58,437 nt of DNA, from NCBI GenBank assembly GCA_964556195.1, contig CAZKVK010000003.1:8134-66570 (forward strand), read 5' to 3'. The notes under the pieces were generated by a model. The model saw only the letters and a program-made list of their open reading frames with translations, did not search any database and was not told where the DNA came from. This DNA is from an uncultured Candidatus Poseidoniales archaeon (lineage in GTDB: Archaea > Thermoplasmatota > Poseidoniia > Poseidoniales > Thalassarchaeaceae). This document shows positions 38,164-47,367 of the stretch, in pieces. Each line of letters starts with the position of its first letter. The first letter of the stretch is position 1. Position numbers and translations under genes: made by a program.

Positions 38164-39117
38164 ATGGCGACCATCGATTTAGAGAGCCATTTTCTTGCTG
38201 CGACCGAAGCCGCTGCAATCGCAGCTGCTGCATGGCGAGGTAAGGGCGACGGCAAAGCGGCTGATGGTGCGGCTGTAGAAGCCATGAGAGCAGTCTTTGA
38301 CGAGGTTCCATTCGATGGCAGGGTCGCCATTGGAGAAGGGGAACGAGATGATGCTCCTATGTTATGGATTGGAGAACCACTGGGTTCTATGCAAGGTAAT
38401 CCAGAAGCTCCTTCGATCGATATCGCAGTCGACCCTCTCGAATGCACCAATCACGTGGCGCTTGACTTACCAAATGCAATGGCAGTTCTTGCGGCCGCGC
38501 CACGAGGTGCCCTACTCCATGCTCCAGATTGTTACATGAACAAAATCGCTGGACCCGCTGAGTTAGAGGGTATAATCAGTCTCGAGGCATCGACTTCTTA
38601 CAATGTCGAGGCCGCTGCCGCGGCCTTGGGGAAGAAAGAGTCCGAACTGAACATCGTTGTTATGGATAGACCGCGACACGAAAAACTGATTTCAGAATTA
38701 AATGACCATAATGTCAATGTTGTCTTAATTGGTGATGGCGACGTTTCAGCAGCGCTAAACGCAGCCGACCCCAAATCGGAAATCGATATGTTGATGGGAA
38801 TTGGCGCTGCGCCTGAAGGGGTAATCACAGCCACAGCGTTAAGAGGACTGGAGGCTCCATTTGAGGGTAGACTTGTGTTCAAGAATGAAGGACATAGAGA
38901 GCGCGCTGAAAAAATGATTGACGGTAATATCGAGAGACTTTGGGGAAGGGATGAACTCTGTGCTAGTGAAGATGCAGTCTTCATTGGAACTGGAGTTTGT
39001 CCGGGCAGAACCTTCGGAGTTGAGGAATTGTCAGACGGCCGTTTTTCAGTCCAATCAGAGGTTATCGATGTGGCGAGTGGTGACCACAAATTTATCGATA
39101 ACATCCGCTCTGCATGA
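38164..39117 (+). CDS. glpX: Fructose-1,6-bisphosphatase class II
   Basis: KAADGAAVEAMR, IGEGERDDAPML, DIAVDPLE, GDGDV and GIGAAPEGVI motifs. Confidence 0.94.
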   Translation: MATIDLESHFLAATEAAAIAAAAWRGKGDGKAADGAAVEAMRAVFDEVPFDGRVAIGEGERDDAPMLWIGEPLGSMQGNPEAPSIDIAVDPLECTNHVALDLPNAMAVLAAAPRGALLHAPDCYMNKIAGPAELEGIISLEASTSYNVEAAAAALGKKESELNIVVMDRPRHEKLISELNDHNVNVVLIGDGDVSAALNAADPKSEIDMLMGIGAAPEGVITATALRGLEAPFEGRLVFKNEGHRERAEKMIDGNIERLWGRDELCASEDAVFIGTGVCPGRTFGVEELSDGRFSVQSEVIDVASGDHKFIDNIRSA

Positions 39118-39186
39118 ATTAAATTCCAAACTTTACCAGCAAAGGATTCTTTTCCTAATCCTACCACGTCCAGTTGAGGTTCGACA

Positions 39187-40197
39187 ATGGACACCGAACT
39201 ACTTGAGAAAACAGCGAGAGAACTTGTAGCGCCCGGGCGAGGTATTCTCGCCGCGGATGAAAGCAATGGAACAATGTCGAACAGGCTTCAAGCCGTGGGT
39301 GTCGAACCGTCCCCAGAAACCCGTCGAGCTTATCGCTCAAACATCTTCGCTACATCAGGCTACGAATCTGCGATTAGCGGTGTCATACTGTTTGACGAGA
39401 CGATACGTCAAACTATGGATGATGGTACAACAATTCCTGAATACCTCGCGAGTCGAGGAATCCACCCCGGAATCAAAGTAGACACTGGGGCTAAGGAATT
39501 GGCCCACCATTCTGGCGAGAAAGTCACAGAGGGATTGGACGGACTGCGAGAAAGGTGCACGGAATACTTCGCCATGGGTGCACGATTCGCAAAATGGCGA
39601 GCTGTAATCCGAATTGGGAATGGTATCCCTAGTGAGGCAAACATTTCCACCAACGCCCATGCCCTTGCCCGATATGCTGCGATTTGTCAGGAACAGGGCT
39701 TGGTTCCAATCATCGAGCCAGAGGTACTGATGGATGGCGACCACGATTCACAAACATGTTACGAAGTCACTGCAAGAATCCTCGATGCAACCTTTGCAGA
39801 GTGTAAAGTTCAGGGCGTTCATATTCCTGGGGCTTTACTCAAACCAAACATGGTCTTACCAGGCAAAGCTTGTGATGATCAGGGCACTCGAGAGAAGGTT
39901 GCACAAATGACAGTCGATTGTCTGACCGCCCACGTACCACATGACCTCCCTGGAATTGTCTTCCTTTCTGGCGGTCAGTCAGATAAAGATGCAACAGCAC
40001 ATCTCAATTTGATGAATGGCATGGGTGTCGAACATCCTTGGCAATTATCCTACTCCTATGGTAGGGCCCTACTCGCGCACGCTTTACAGACTTGGGCGAG
40101 TGGCTCGAATGAAGATAGCCAGAACGCTTTTGCTCACCGAGCGACAATGAATAGTTTAGCACGTAGCGGTGACTGGTCTGTAGAATTGGAAGCCTGA
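39187..40197 (+). CDS. fba: Fructose-bisphosphate aldolase class I (eukaryote/bacterial Glycolytic family)
   Basis: GRGILAADES, GIKVDTG, FAKWR, PIIEPEV, LLKPNM (Schiff-base Lys), FLSGGQ and SYGRAL motifs. Confidence 0.95.
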   Translation: MDTELLEKTARELVAPGRGILAADESNGTMSNRLQAVGVEPSPETRRAYRSNIFATSGYESAISGVILFDETIRQTMDDGTTIPEYLASRGIHPGIKVDTGAKELAHHSGEKVTEGLDGLRERCTEYFAMGARFAKWRAVIRIGNGIPSEANISTNAHALARYAAICQEQGLVPIIEPEVLMDGDHDSQTCYEVTARILDATFAECKVQGVHIPGALLKPNMVLPGKACDDQGTREKVAQMTVDCLTAHVPHDLPGIVFLSGGQSDKDATAHLNLMNGMGVEHPWQLSYSYGRALLAHALQTWASGSNEDSQNAFAHRATMNSLARSGDWSVELEA

Positions 40198-40215
40198 ATG
40201 TACAGGAATTACGAT

Positions 40216-40476
40216 TCAATTCTCGCCTTCTAGGACTCCAGGTCTCAATGTCCAAACACAGATTTCGTAACGGCCGGAGAGGGCACCGCCACGCTTTGTT
40301 GTAGATACCTTGAGTATGTCCTTGTCCTTTGAGAGAACATTTCCAAGTTGCTGAGGGGTAGTGCCATGCCTCATGGTGGAGTTGACATGTTCGAGGATTT
40401 CGGTGGTATTTGCCTCTCCTCGGACGTTTAGAAATTTCTTTATTTTTTGTCGTAGTCTTGTTGTGCGCATTTTCAT
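40216..40476 (-). CDS. Small basic wHTH-like protein (DUF3860-like)
   Basis: RLRQKIKKFL...TTEILEHVNSTMRHGTTPQQLGNVLSKDKDI pattern recalled from DUF3860. Confidence 0.75.
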   Translation of the reverse strand: MKMRTTRLRQKIKKFLNVRGEANTTEILEHVNSTMRHGTTPQQLGNVLSKDKDILKVSTTKRGGALSGRYEICVWTLRPGVLEGEN

Positions 40477-40751
40477 CTCTCCTTATTTTGGCCGGACCCT
40501 TTTCTCTCGTGATGTTCCACCCAGCTATTGGATGCCCATTCGGACACAGGCGACTCAGCTCTCCTCATCCCACTTTTACGAACGGTTCCTATTCGGGTGA
40601 TTTGTTCATCCGATTCTAGGATCCTCGTTATGTCCAAGGGGTTGTTTGCAGAATCCATCTGACTCGCTAGCCATGCAGATATCTCGATTGTATTTCGCGG
40701 CCGCTCTGAGAGGTATTTTCGAATTAGTTCGCGCAAGTTCTGCGAGTCCAT
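40473..40751 (-). CDS. Paralogous small wHTH-like protein (DUF3860-like)
   Basis: LRELIRKYLSERPRNTIEI...ILESDEQITRIG aligns by eye with its neighbour; 4-nt overlap. Confidence 0.65.
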   Translation of the reverse strand: MDSQNLRELIRKYLSERPRNTIEISAWLASQMDSANNPLDITRILESDEQITRIGTVRKSGMRRAESPVSEWASNSWVEHHERKGSGQNKER

Positions 40752-41010
40752 TTCTGTCTATTCCTCCGAGTCAAACCGGCCGCATATCGAGTCCGTTACC
40801 GACAGGACGGCAGGCGTTGATATAACAGTTCTGCACCTTACAACCTCTCTTTGTTACAAATAGTTGCACAGAATAGGCTAGATTTCACAATCAAAGTCGG
40901 TGCAGAAATGAAACTGTTACTTTTTCCATAGGAAATGTGTAATAAAATGTAACTAAAAAGCATAATTTAAGTAGGACAGTCGAACTAATTGAATTAGGAG
41001 AGGGCAATTA

Positions 41011-43629
41011 GTGTCGGATGAACTGGAAATCACTGACCCATCTCCCGATTACACTGTTCTCAAGAGAATTCGCAGTGCACACCGTCGTAGACTGCTAGAT
41101 CGATTGACCGACGGCGGAACAACGGTCAGTATTCTCGCTCGTGATTCGGGATTGAGAATTTCTCACGCTTCGGCTGAGCTTAGAAGGATGAGAAACGATG
41201 GACTAGTAGCCAGTGACCAAGTAGCTGGTGCTCGCGGTGCTCGTCTTCATCTTACACAATCTGGTTGGGAGGCAATCCGTTCAGATGAGTTGGCGAGAGC
41301 TATTCAGGTACTCCCCCTCCCCTCTCCCTCCCACAAATATTGCTTGCTGGCCAGAGATGGGGCAAACATTCTGTTAGGACTTCTTGCCCCAATAGACTCT
41401 CCACTTGTACTAATTCCCGACCGACCTGCGAGAGGCTCTGTGGCCGAAGCCACCTCCACAGGAAGCGAGGGGGTCTCATGGATTTGGGCTGTATTGAGAG
41501 AGAGGTCACCGAGATGGTTTGATCTGACCAATATGGAAATGCTACCTGAACCCCCCTCAAGTCATAATCCTGAAACCATTTCTTCCTACGCCGGAGAAAA
41601 CCAAACTCTTGGAATTGTTAGAGCCCGTTTAGTAGATCCAGATAAGCCGGTGGCATTGGCCCCTGGAATTTGGTTCGAATCTCCAACGCGTCGTCCAGAC
41701 CCTCCTCTACCAGAAGCTAGCCATCATCGAGGAGCATGGACTCTCGGCAATTGCCACAACCAATCGCCGGATATCCGACCAAAGGAGCCTGTATCGGCGG
41801 TAATGGAGGAGAGGTTGCCTAGGAGTATGCTATTGCGAACAGCACGCGCGAATGCACTGGTAATCGCCGATTTAGGAGGATTAGATTCTGGCGGCCAGGA
41901 ATTTCCAATTTCTTGCCTAGACTCTTGGATAATTCGAGCCCATCCTCGATTGACACCATCCGAAAGACGTCGTAGGCTGAATAGCTTGAGAGAACGTCTA
42001 ACCTCTACTCGAAGGGTAAGGACGGAGGAATCAACTTGGAGGCGTTTTAGAAAGGATTGGAAGGAAGCAACCTTCTCTACAGAGGAAAGTGGATTGAGGT
42101 TGTTCGATACACGCGGCTTAGCAACTACTGCAACAACGTCGCTAATCGAATGGGCAGTATCTGAGTTAGATAGGCCACCCTTGGTTCTGGAGATTCCCAA
42201 TTCAATTCCAGATGACGTCCTAAGTGCTGTAATTTCCCATCCGAATTTGAGATTGACACTTTCAACTCAATCCCGCCAACCACTCGAAATTTTTGATGAG
42301 CTTATTGTAGACCCACTAAGGCCCCTACCTTGGCTAAGGCTCCGCACTCTCGGTGGTAGGGATATGCCCGTGCGTTTGGTAGACCCAGTACCCACAGCAC
42401 CAGAAGCCACTGAGGATGATGAGGTAGCACCTTCTCCATGGACAATCTTAGGTCTTGACGATGAAATAATTCCCAGCAACATCGCAGATTCTTCTATGAT
42501 AGGTTCAGCAATTGCTCAATTTCCTGAAGGAAATGAGGATTGGTCGAATATGATGGAGGCGAGTTATCCAATAGCCGCTTGGATAGCATCTCCTCCTAGG
42601 ACACGTTGGCATCGTTGGCAGAGATTACACTCCCGACTTGATTCCGAATGGATAGCTTTGCTGGATTTGGAACATCTCCCACTTGAGAGACTTGCAGAGG
42701 TTGCGGATGAAGCACCTCCAAAAGTATTAGAGATATTTAGCGATAAACTGCGCTTCCTTTTGCATAACGATTCAGAAATAGCCCTTCGAACACGTCCGGC
42801 AACCGATCCAACAAATGCTTCGCCGGGTGCATCTTGGGTCGCAGCCCAACTTCTCAGCAATGCAGCATGGTTACCGCAAGATATGCAAGAGGATCTTATT
42901 CACTGGGCATTGGAGGCCTGGCTGGTTCATCCACCTAGTAATTCTCTAGCAGCACTACAAGCGGTTGACTGGATTTACACAGGGGGGCAAGCCGATGTAG
43001 CTAGTTATGGTCCAGTGTTGCAAGGAATTCTAAGAAGGGCAAATGAATTCCCAATAGACCACGACCTCAAGATTTGGTCTTTGCTTGTTGAAAGAATTCG
43101 TGATACTAAACAACTGCAGATAGAAGGCTTGGAGGCGATTGTAGACACTCTACCATTAGACTGGTGGGCTTTGCTGGCTCCTGAGTTATTGACCAATCTT
43201 CTATCTGAAGAATCCTCTTTCGATTGGTTACTGGATAATCCAATCCCTTGGAGCGCTGCAATTCTACGCCCAAAGGGAGAACCCAGTAGTGCTCCTGGGC
43301 TTAGTGATAGATTTCATCCCGGTTGTAGTCCTGAAATTCGTAATTCCCTCGCTAGACGTCTTAGGTCACGTAGAGAAAGAGGAACCTTGCCAGAAAGCGC
43401 AGCCCCGCTTCTCGACCTAATGGAATCACTGGACACAGTTCTTGAGGGGGGCTCGCCAAGCACCGGTAGGACCCATCCAATGGTAGGTTGGTTGGCCCAA
43501 CCAATAGAGAAATGGCCACCGATTAGCAACGAGGTAGCAATGCAAGGCGATTCACATATTGCAGAGAGGATCATATTGAAAGCTTCAGGCTACCATGAGG
43601 GTTTATCCGGACAGCAAAGCCGATTATGA
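41011..43629 (+). CDS. Large hypothetical protein with N-terminal ArsR/MarR-like wHTH
   Basis: HRRRLLDRLTDG..TVSILARDSGLRISHASAELRRMRNDGLV HTH pattern; remainder helical and unassigned. Confidence 0.75.
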   Translation: MSDELEITDPSPDYTVLKRIRSAHRRRLLDRLTDGGTTVSILARDSGLRISHASAELRRMRNDGLVASDQVAGARGARLHLTQSGWEAIRSDELARAIQVLPLPSPSHKYCLLARDGANILLGLLAPIDSPLVLIPDRPARGSVAEATSTGSEGVSWIWAVLRERSPRWFDLTNMEMLPEPPSSHNPETISSYAGENQTLGIVRARLVDPDKPVALAPGIWFESPTRRPDPPLPEASHHRGAWTLGNCHNQSPDIRPKEPVSAVMEERLPRSMLLRTARANALVIADLGGLDSGGQEFPISCLDSWIIRAHPRLTPSERRRRLNSLRERLTSTRRVRTEESTWRRFRKDWKEATFSTEESGLRLFDTRGLATTATTSLIEWAVSELDRPPLVLEIPNSIPDDVLSAVISHPNLRLTLSTQSRQPLEIFDELIVDPLRPLPWLRLRTLGGRDMPVRLVDPVPTAPEATEDDEVAPSPWTILGLDDEIIPSNIADSSMIGSAIAQFPEGNEDWSNMMEASYPIAAWIASPPRTRWHRWQRLHSRLDSEWIALLDLEHLPLERLAEVADEAPPKVLEIFSDKLRFLLHNDSEIALRTRPATDPTNASPGASWVAAQLLSNAAWLPQDMQEDLIHWALEAWLVHPPSNSLAALQAVDWIYTGGQADVASYGPVLQGILRRANEFPIDHDLKIWSLLVERIRDTKQLQIEGLEAIVDTLPLDWWALLAPELLTNLLSEESSFDWLLDNPIPWSAAILRPKGEPSSAPGLSDRFHPGCSPEIRNSLARRLRSRRERGTLPESAAPLLDLMESLDTVLEGGSPSTGRTHPMVGWLAQPIEKWPPISNEVAMQGDSHIAERIILKASGYHEGLSGQQSRL

Positions 43630-43688
43630 TTGAAATACCGAAAAAACACGAAAAATTGGCAATTTTGGTCGCTTATTGCTAATATTTT

Positions 43689-44024
43689 CAATGCGAGGGG
43701 TTCATCAAGGGACCCCATGACCCATCGATGCCCGACCGGCAACACCGTGCCGACGAAAGCCCCACGCCGGAGTTAGTAGGATGAATCACGGTACCACGGA
43801 ACGGGATTTGCCGTATGTCGAAGACCGACGTGACCCACTGCTGGGGAATGATCGTCGGGGCAAAACATACGGTCGGATTGTGATGGGTCCCCGGACGACC
43901 GAGAACGGAAGAGACCGGAATGACTTACGGGACAACCCCACAGTCCAACAGACGTCCCGGGGTGGGTCAGGTGCCCGAGCATTGCGATGAAGGTCACCGT
44001 TACGCCCCGGGGCACACACTTTTT
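43689..44024 (+). ncRNA. Candidate structured ncRNA (about 320 nt) with a K-turn; family unassigned
   Basis: Intergenic, about 61% GC by my count (200/330 nt over 43691-44020), several helices, AT-rich upstream sequence and a T5 run at 44020-44024; strand inferred. Confidence 0.55.
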
Positions 44025-44062
44025 CCGAAGTTCTCAAGACTTCATACACCGGGTGATTAACG

Positions 44063-45076
44063 ATGCACTCACTAGGACTGGTTGGCGGTACTTTCGACCG
44101 CTTTCATGCAGGGCATCGGTCCCTGATCGAGCATGGACTCTCCAAATGTCAAAGGATCGAGGTATGGTTAACCAGTGACCGGATAGCACATGCAAAAGAC
44201 CCTCGCATCGAATCATGGTCCGAAAGGTCGCTGAAATTTGTAGAATCTATTGGTGAAGAATCTACCCGGATTTCTATTCATTTACTGGAAGATGAAGATG
44301 GGCCTGCACCTTGGCATGAGGAAGCATCAGCCATTTTATGCACACCAGAGACAGCAACGGGTTGCCAGAGGATTAATCTCGCGCGCGAGAGTAATGGTCT
44401 ACCTCCTCTCGAAATTCTCAAGGTTGAGTATGTAATCGGCCACGATGGCAAGCCAATTTCAAGCTCTAGAATTCGCCAAGGAGAGATTGACATAGATGGC
44501 GAATCATATCTCCCCGAGGATGCTGGTGAAGTCAATCTAATCTTGACAGAAGAGGTAGAAGCGAACCTCAAGGACCCGTTTGGACAATTGTTTACGGGTC
44601 CAGAGGACGATACAAGCGTAGCAATGCGAGCCGTCCTTGAAGAAATATTTGGTAGCCATGGCCCAATCATCGCAGTGGGTGATGTAACGGTCAAAGCCCT
44701 ACAAGATTTGGGAAGTCCCGCAGACATCGCTCTAATCGATGGTAAGACCAAGCGACAAGAGTGGGAAGCGGCTTCGGCAATCGATCTCTCACTTTACGAT
44801 ACAAGACGCACCTGCGAGAATCCTGCAGGTCAATTGAGCTCAGATCTATTCCATGCCTGTGCGGGCGCTTTACAGGTCTGGAATGAGGACGACAAAACTT
44901 GTCTGATTGACGTGGATGGTGAAGAAGACCTAGCCCCTCTAATTCTTCACCCGATGGCACCATTGGGTGCCGTGGTTCTTTATGGTCAGCCTAACCGTGG
45001 AGTTGTACTTCGTTGGACTGGCTTTGATTCTAAGTCACGTTGTAGAGAACTTCTCGCAGCAATGGACAGGGCTTGA
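44063..45076 (+). CDS. coaD: Phosphopantetheine adenylyltransferase fused to DUF359 (archaeal GTP-dependent dephospho-CoA kinase)
   Basis: N-terminal GGTFDRFHAGH and ISSSRIR; C-terminal LKDPFG, AVGDVT, IDGKTKR, NPAG, VDGEEDL and YGQPNRG. Confidence 0.88.
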   Translation: MHSLGLVGGTFDRFHAGHRSLIEHGLSKCQRIEVWLTSDRIAHAKDPRIESWSERSLKFVESIGEESTRISIHLLEDEDGPAPWHEEASAILCTPETATGCQRINLARESNGLPPLEILKVEYVIGHDGKPISSSRIRQGEIDIDGESYLPEDAGEVNLILTEEVEANLKDPFGQLFTGPEDDTSVAMRAVLEEIFGSHGPIIAVGDVTVKALQDLGSPADIALIDGKTKRQEWEAASAIDLSLYDTRRTCENPAGQLSSDLFHACAGALQVWNEDDKTCLIDVDGEEDLAPLILHPMAPLGAVVLYGQPNRGVVLRWTGFDSKSRCRELLAAMDRA

Positions 45077-45088
45077 GGCTCAACAATC

Positions 45089-45619
45089 TCAAGATTCGGC
45101 CTTGTCCAACACATTCAGGCCGATTCCGAACATGAATGGAATTACACTGACAGCGAACACACCAGGGTCTACCCATGTATTGTATTGTGCTGACCAAGCA
45201 AGGTAGAAGACGATTGCAAACGCAATCATCCAATCTGCAATCGACTTTCGAATACCATCTTCGCCAGAGAATAATCCAGACATGCAACTTTGTAGTTCCT
45301 TAATGGCTGAAATTGTACCGCCTTCGACCGCGTTATTCATACCTAGATGACCCAAGGTAATCAAGACAATTCCTAGAATTCCGAAGACAATATCGTCGAC
45401 TAAGATTGAGATTCCATCGTGTTCTGTGTATACATCACCGAGAGAACCATTGCTGAGGAATCCAAGCCAAAGTGCCTTGAATCCTGGTGAATATGCGCCA
45501 ATTGTAACGTTGACAATTGTGAGCAATAGCACCCATCCTCCAAGCAGTAACATACCTGTCGAAACGGTTCGACTCGGGTTGGTAAGCGCCGAGTACCAGT
45601 CGTTGTCTACGAGCGACAT
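45089..45619 (-). CDS. Hypothetical membrane protein
   Basis: 176 aa with four TM segments. Confidence 0.7.
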   Translation of the reverse strand: MSLVDNDWYSALTNPSRTVSTGMLLLGGWVLLLTIVNVTIGAYSPGFKALWLGFLSNGSLGDVYTEHDGISILVDDIVFGILGIVLITLGHLGMNNAVEGGTISAIKELQSCMSGLFSGEDGIRKSIADWMIAFAIVFYLAWSAQYNTWVDPGVFAVSVIPFMFGIGLNVLDKAES

Positions 45620-45721
45620 CGGGTGCGGCGACCTAAGAACTTGGTTTAACCGTTGAGGCCCTAAAGGGCCTCGAAATTTCTAGCAGAATAGGTAAAGGAA
45701 ACCATAGAATGGCTGATTTCC

Positions 45722-46960
45722 TCAAAAATGGCCCTGCAACCGGTAGCGGCATCGAGCGGCTTCGGCGATTAGTGGGTCCGCGTCGCTCATCGTAGTTATT
45801 GCATCAACCGTCTTTGGAATTGCAGAGTTGACCTGCTTGCTACGTCCACCTCTTCCCTTGCTGACATTCCTAGCCATAATCATGCCGAGTGTATCCAACT
45901 CGTTCAGCAAGGTAGAGATTCTCCTTGGAGTCAATGGCTCAACGTTAACATTCAGACACGCATCGGAGTATGTTCTGTATACTTCTCCAGTAGAGATGTT
46001 TCGAAGTCCATTATCCTCGTTTATTCTGATTGCAAAAAGAACCAACTTCTGATGAAGCGGAAGAGTCTGCAATACCGGTGTAACTTGGTCATGCTCCAAT
46101 TGTGATTGTGCAAGCCTGACGTGTCGTGGGTCTACCTTAGTCTGAGAGCGTTGTTCGGCCTTTTGTACCGAGATTCTCAGAAGGTCCAAAGCCCGGCGTG
46201 CATCTCCATGCTCTTGTGCAGCCAAGGCAGCGCAAAGTTGTATAACACCCTGATCGAGAACATCATCTCGTAGACCAGTCTTGGCTCTCTCTGTGAGAAT
46301 GTCTGTAATTTCAGATGCTCCGTATGGATGGAAAATTAGGTCCTCTTGACCAAGTCGGCCAGATACCCTTGGGTCAAGTAACTGTGTGAAGTGTAAATCA
46401 TTACTGATTCCGATAATGCAGCATCGTGAGCGTTTCAGGATTGTGTTGAGGCTGGTCAAATTGTACAGCAGATTATCTCCTGCACGTTCTACTAGATTGT
46501 CAATTTCATCGAGTACGATAATGTGAACTCCACCAGCACGATCCATCCTTTCAACTAGATTTTCTAGGACTCTGTCAGTGGGCCAACCAGTGAATGGAAT
46601 CGGCACATCTCCTCGTTGAGTCAATTTTGTTGCCAAAGTCTGTACAACTCTGTAGCGGGTATCTACTTGCCTACAGTTGATTTCGTAGGTGCGCACAGGT
46701 TGGCCCATTTCCCTCCCCTTTTCTCTGAGTTGCCCCAAGACGAATCTGGTAACCACAGTCTTACCCGATCCAGGAACACCGTAGAGTAGCATGTTGGATG
46801 GAATATGCCCGTTGAGGGCGTCGACTAAATTTCTTACAAGCGCCTCCACCTCGCGGTCTCGGTGAGGTAGAGTAGTGGGTTCGAAAGCGTGGTCGAAGGC
46901 CTTTCTATCGAGGAAGAGGGAATCTTGTCCCAAAATCTTCTCGAAAATATTTCCTTCCAT
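45722..46960 (-). CDS. cdc6: Cdc6/Orc1 replication initiator
   Basis: YGVPGSGKT Walker A, IVLDEID Walker B, LDPRVSGRL, HGDARRALDLL and a C-terminal wHTH. Confidence 0.96.
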   Translation of the reverse strand: MEGNIFEKILGQDSLFLDRKAFDHAFEPTTLPHRDREVEALVRNLVDALNGHIPSNMLLYGVPGSGKTVVTRFVLGQLREKGREMGQPVRTYEINCRQVDTRYRVVQTLATKLTQRGDVPIPFTGWPTDRVLENLVERMDRAGGVHIIVLDEIDNLVERAGDNLLYNLTSLNTILKRSRCCIIGISNDLHFTQLLDPRVSGRLGQEDLIFHPYGASEITDILTERAKTGLRDDVLDQGVIQLCAALAAQEHGDARRALDLLRISVQKAEQRSQTKVDPRHVRLAQSQLEHDQVTPVLQTLPLHQKLVLFAIRINEDNGLRNISTGEVYRTYSDACLNVNVEPLTPRRISTLLNELDTLGMIMARNVSKGRGGRSKQVNSAIPKTVDAITTMSDADPLIAEAARCRYRLQGHF

Positions 46961-47367
46961 ATTTTAACACACAACCGCTTATCTTTCCAAGTCCACCGCC
47001 TCGTCCTGTGTCAGGAGTCATCGGAAGTAAACGCGGATTCTTCACGAGGGCGTTAGAGGTAATGAAAGTTGCCGGGCCTATGGTGAAGAAATGCCTCATT
47101 ATGTCAGTTGCTAATATGGTAATGATTTTTTCATTCGACCGAAAGAATTTCTCTAAATTAACAGTTCAGTAGGCCTTTTTTTGAAATAGTTGGTGAAATT
47201 GGTTTACTTTTTTCACCTAAGAGAAAGGAATAGATTTGACTTTGATAAAGCAGAATTGAAATTATGGTTATGAGTATTGAAAATCACAATACCAAATTCG
47301 TCAAACAATTGTAAAATCAGGTCCTTTTTCCGCCCCCTACATATTTATAGAAGATAATATTTGACTA
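46961..47367. other. AT-rich non-coding region upstream of cdc6, candidate replication origin or promoter
   Basis: About 400 bp without a credible ORF, AT-rich distal half and a GGTGAAA...TTTCACC inverted repeat; no clear ORB consensus seen. Confidence 0.35.

Noticed and set aside
43689-44024. Assignment as SRP RNA, RNase P RNA, H/ACA RNA or cobalamin riboswitch
   Set aside because: By eye the defining motifs are absent or only loosely echoed, so it is left unassigned pending a covariance-model search
43773-44049. Three short overlapping ORFs (69-87 aa) in the GC-rich spacer
   Set aside because: No recognisable motifs, mutually overlapping, and better explained by open frames in GC-rich structured RNA
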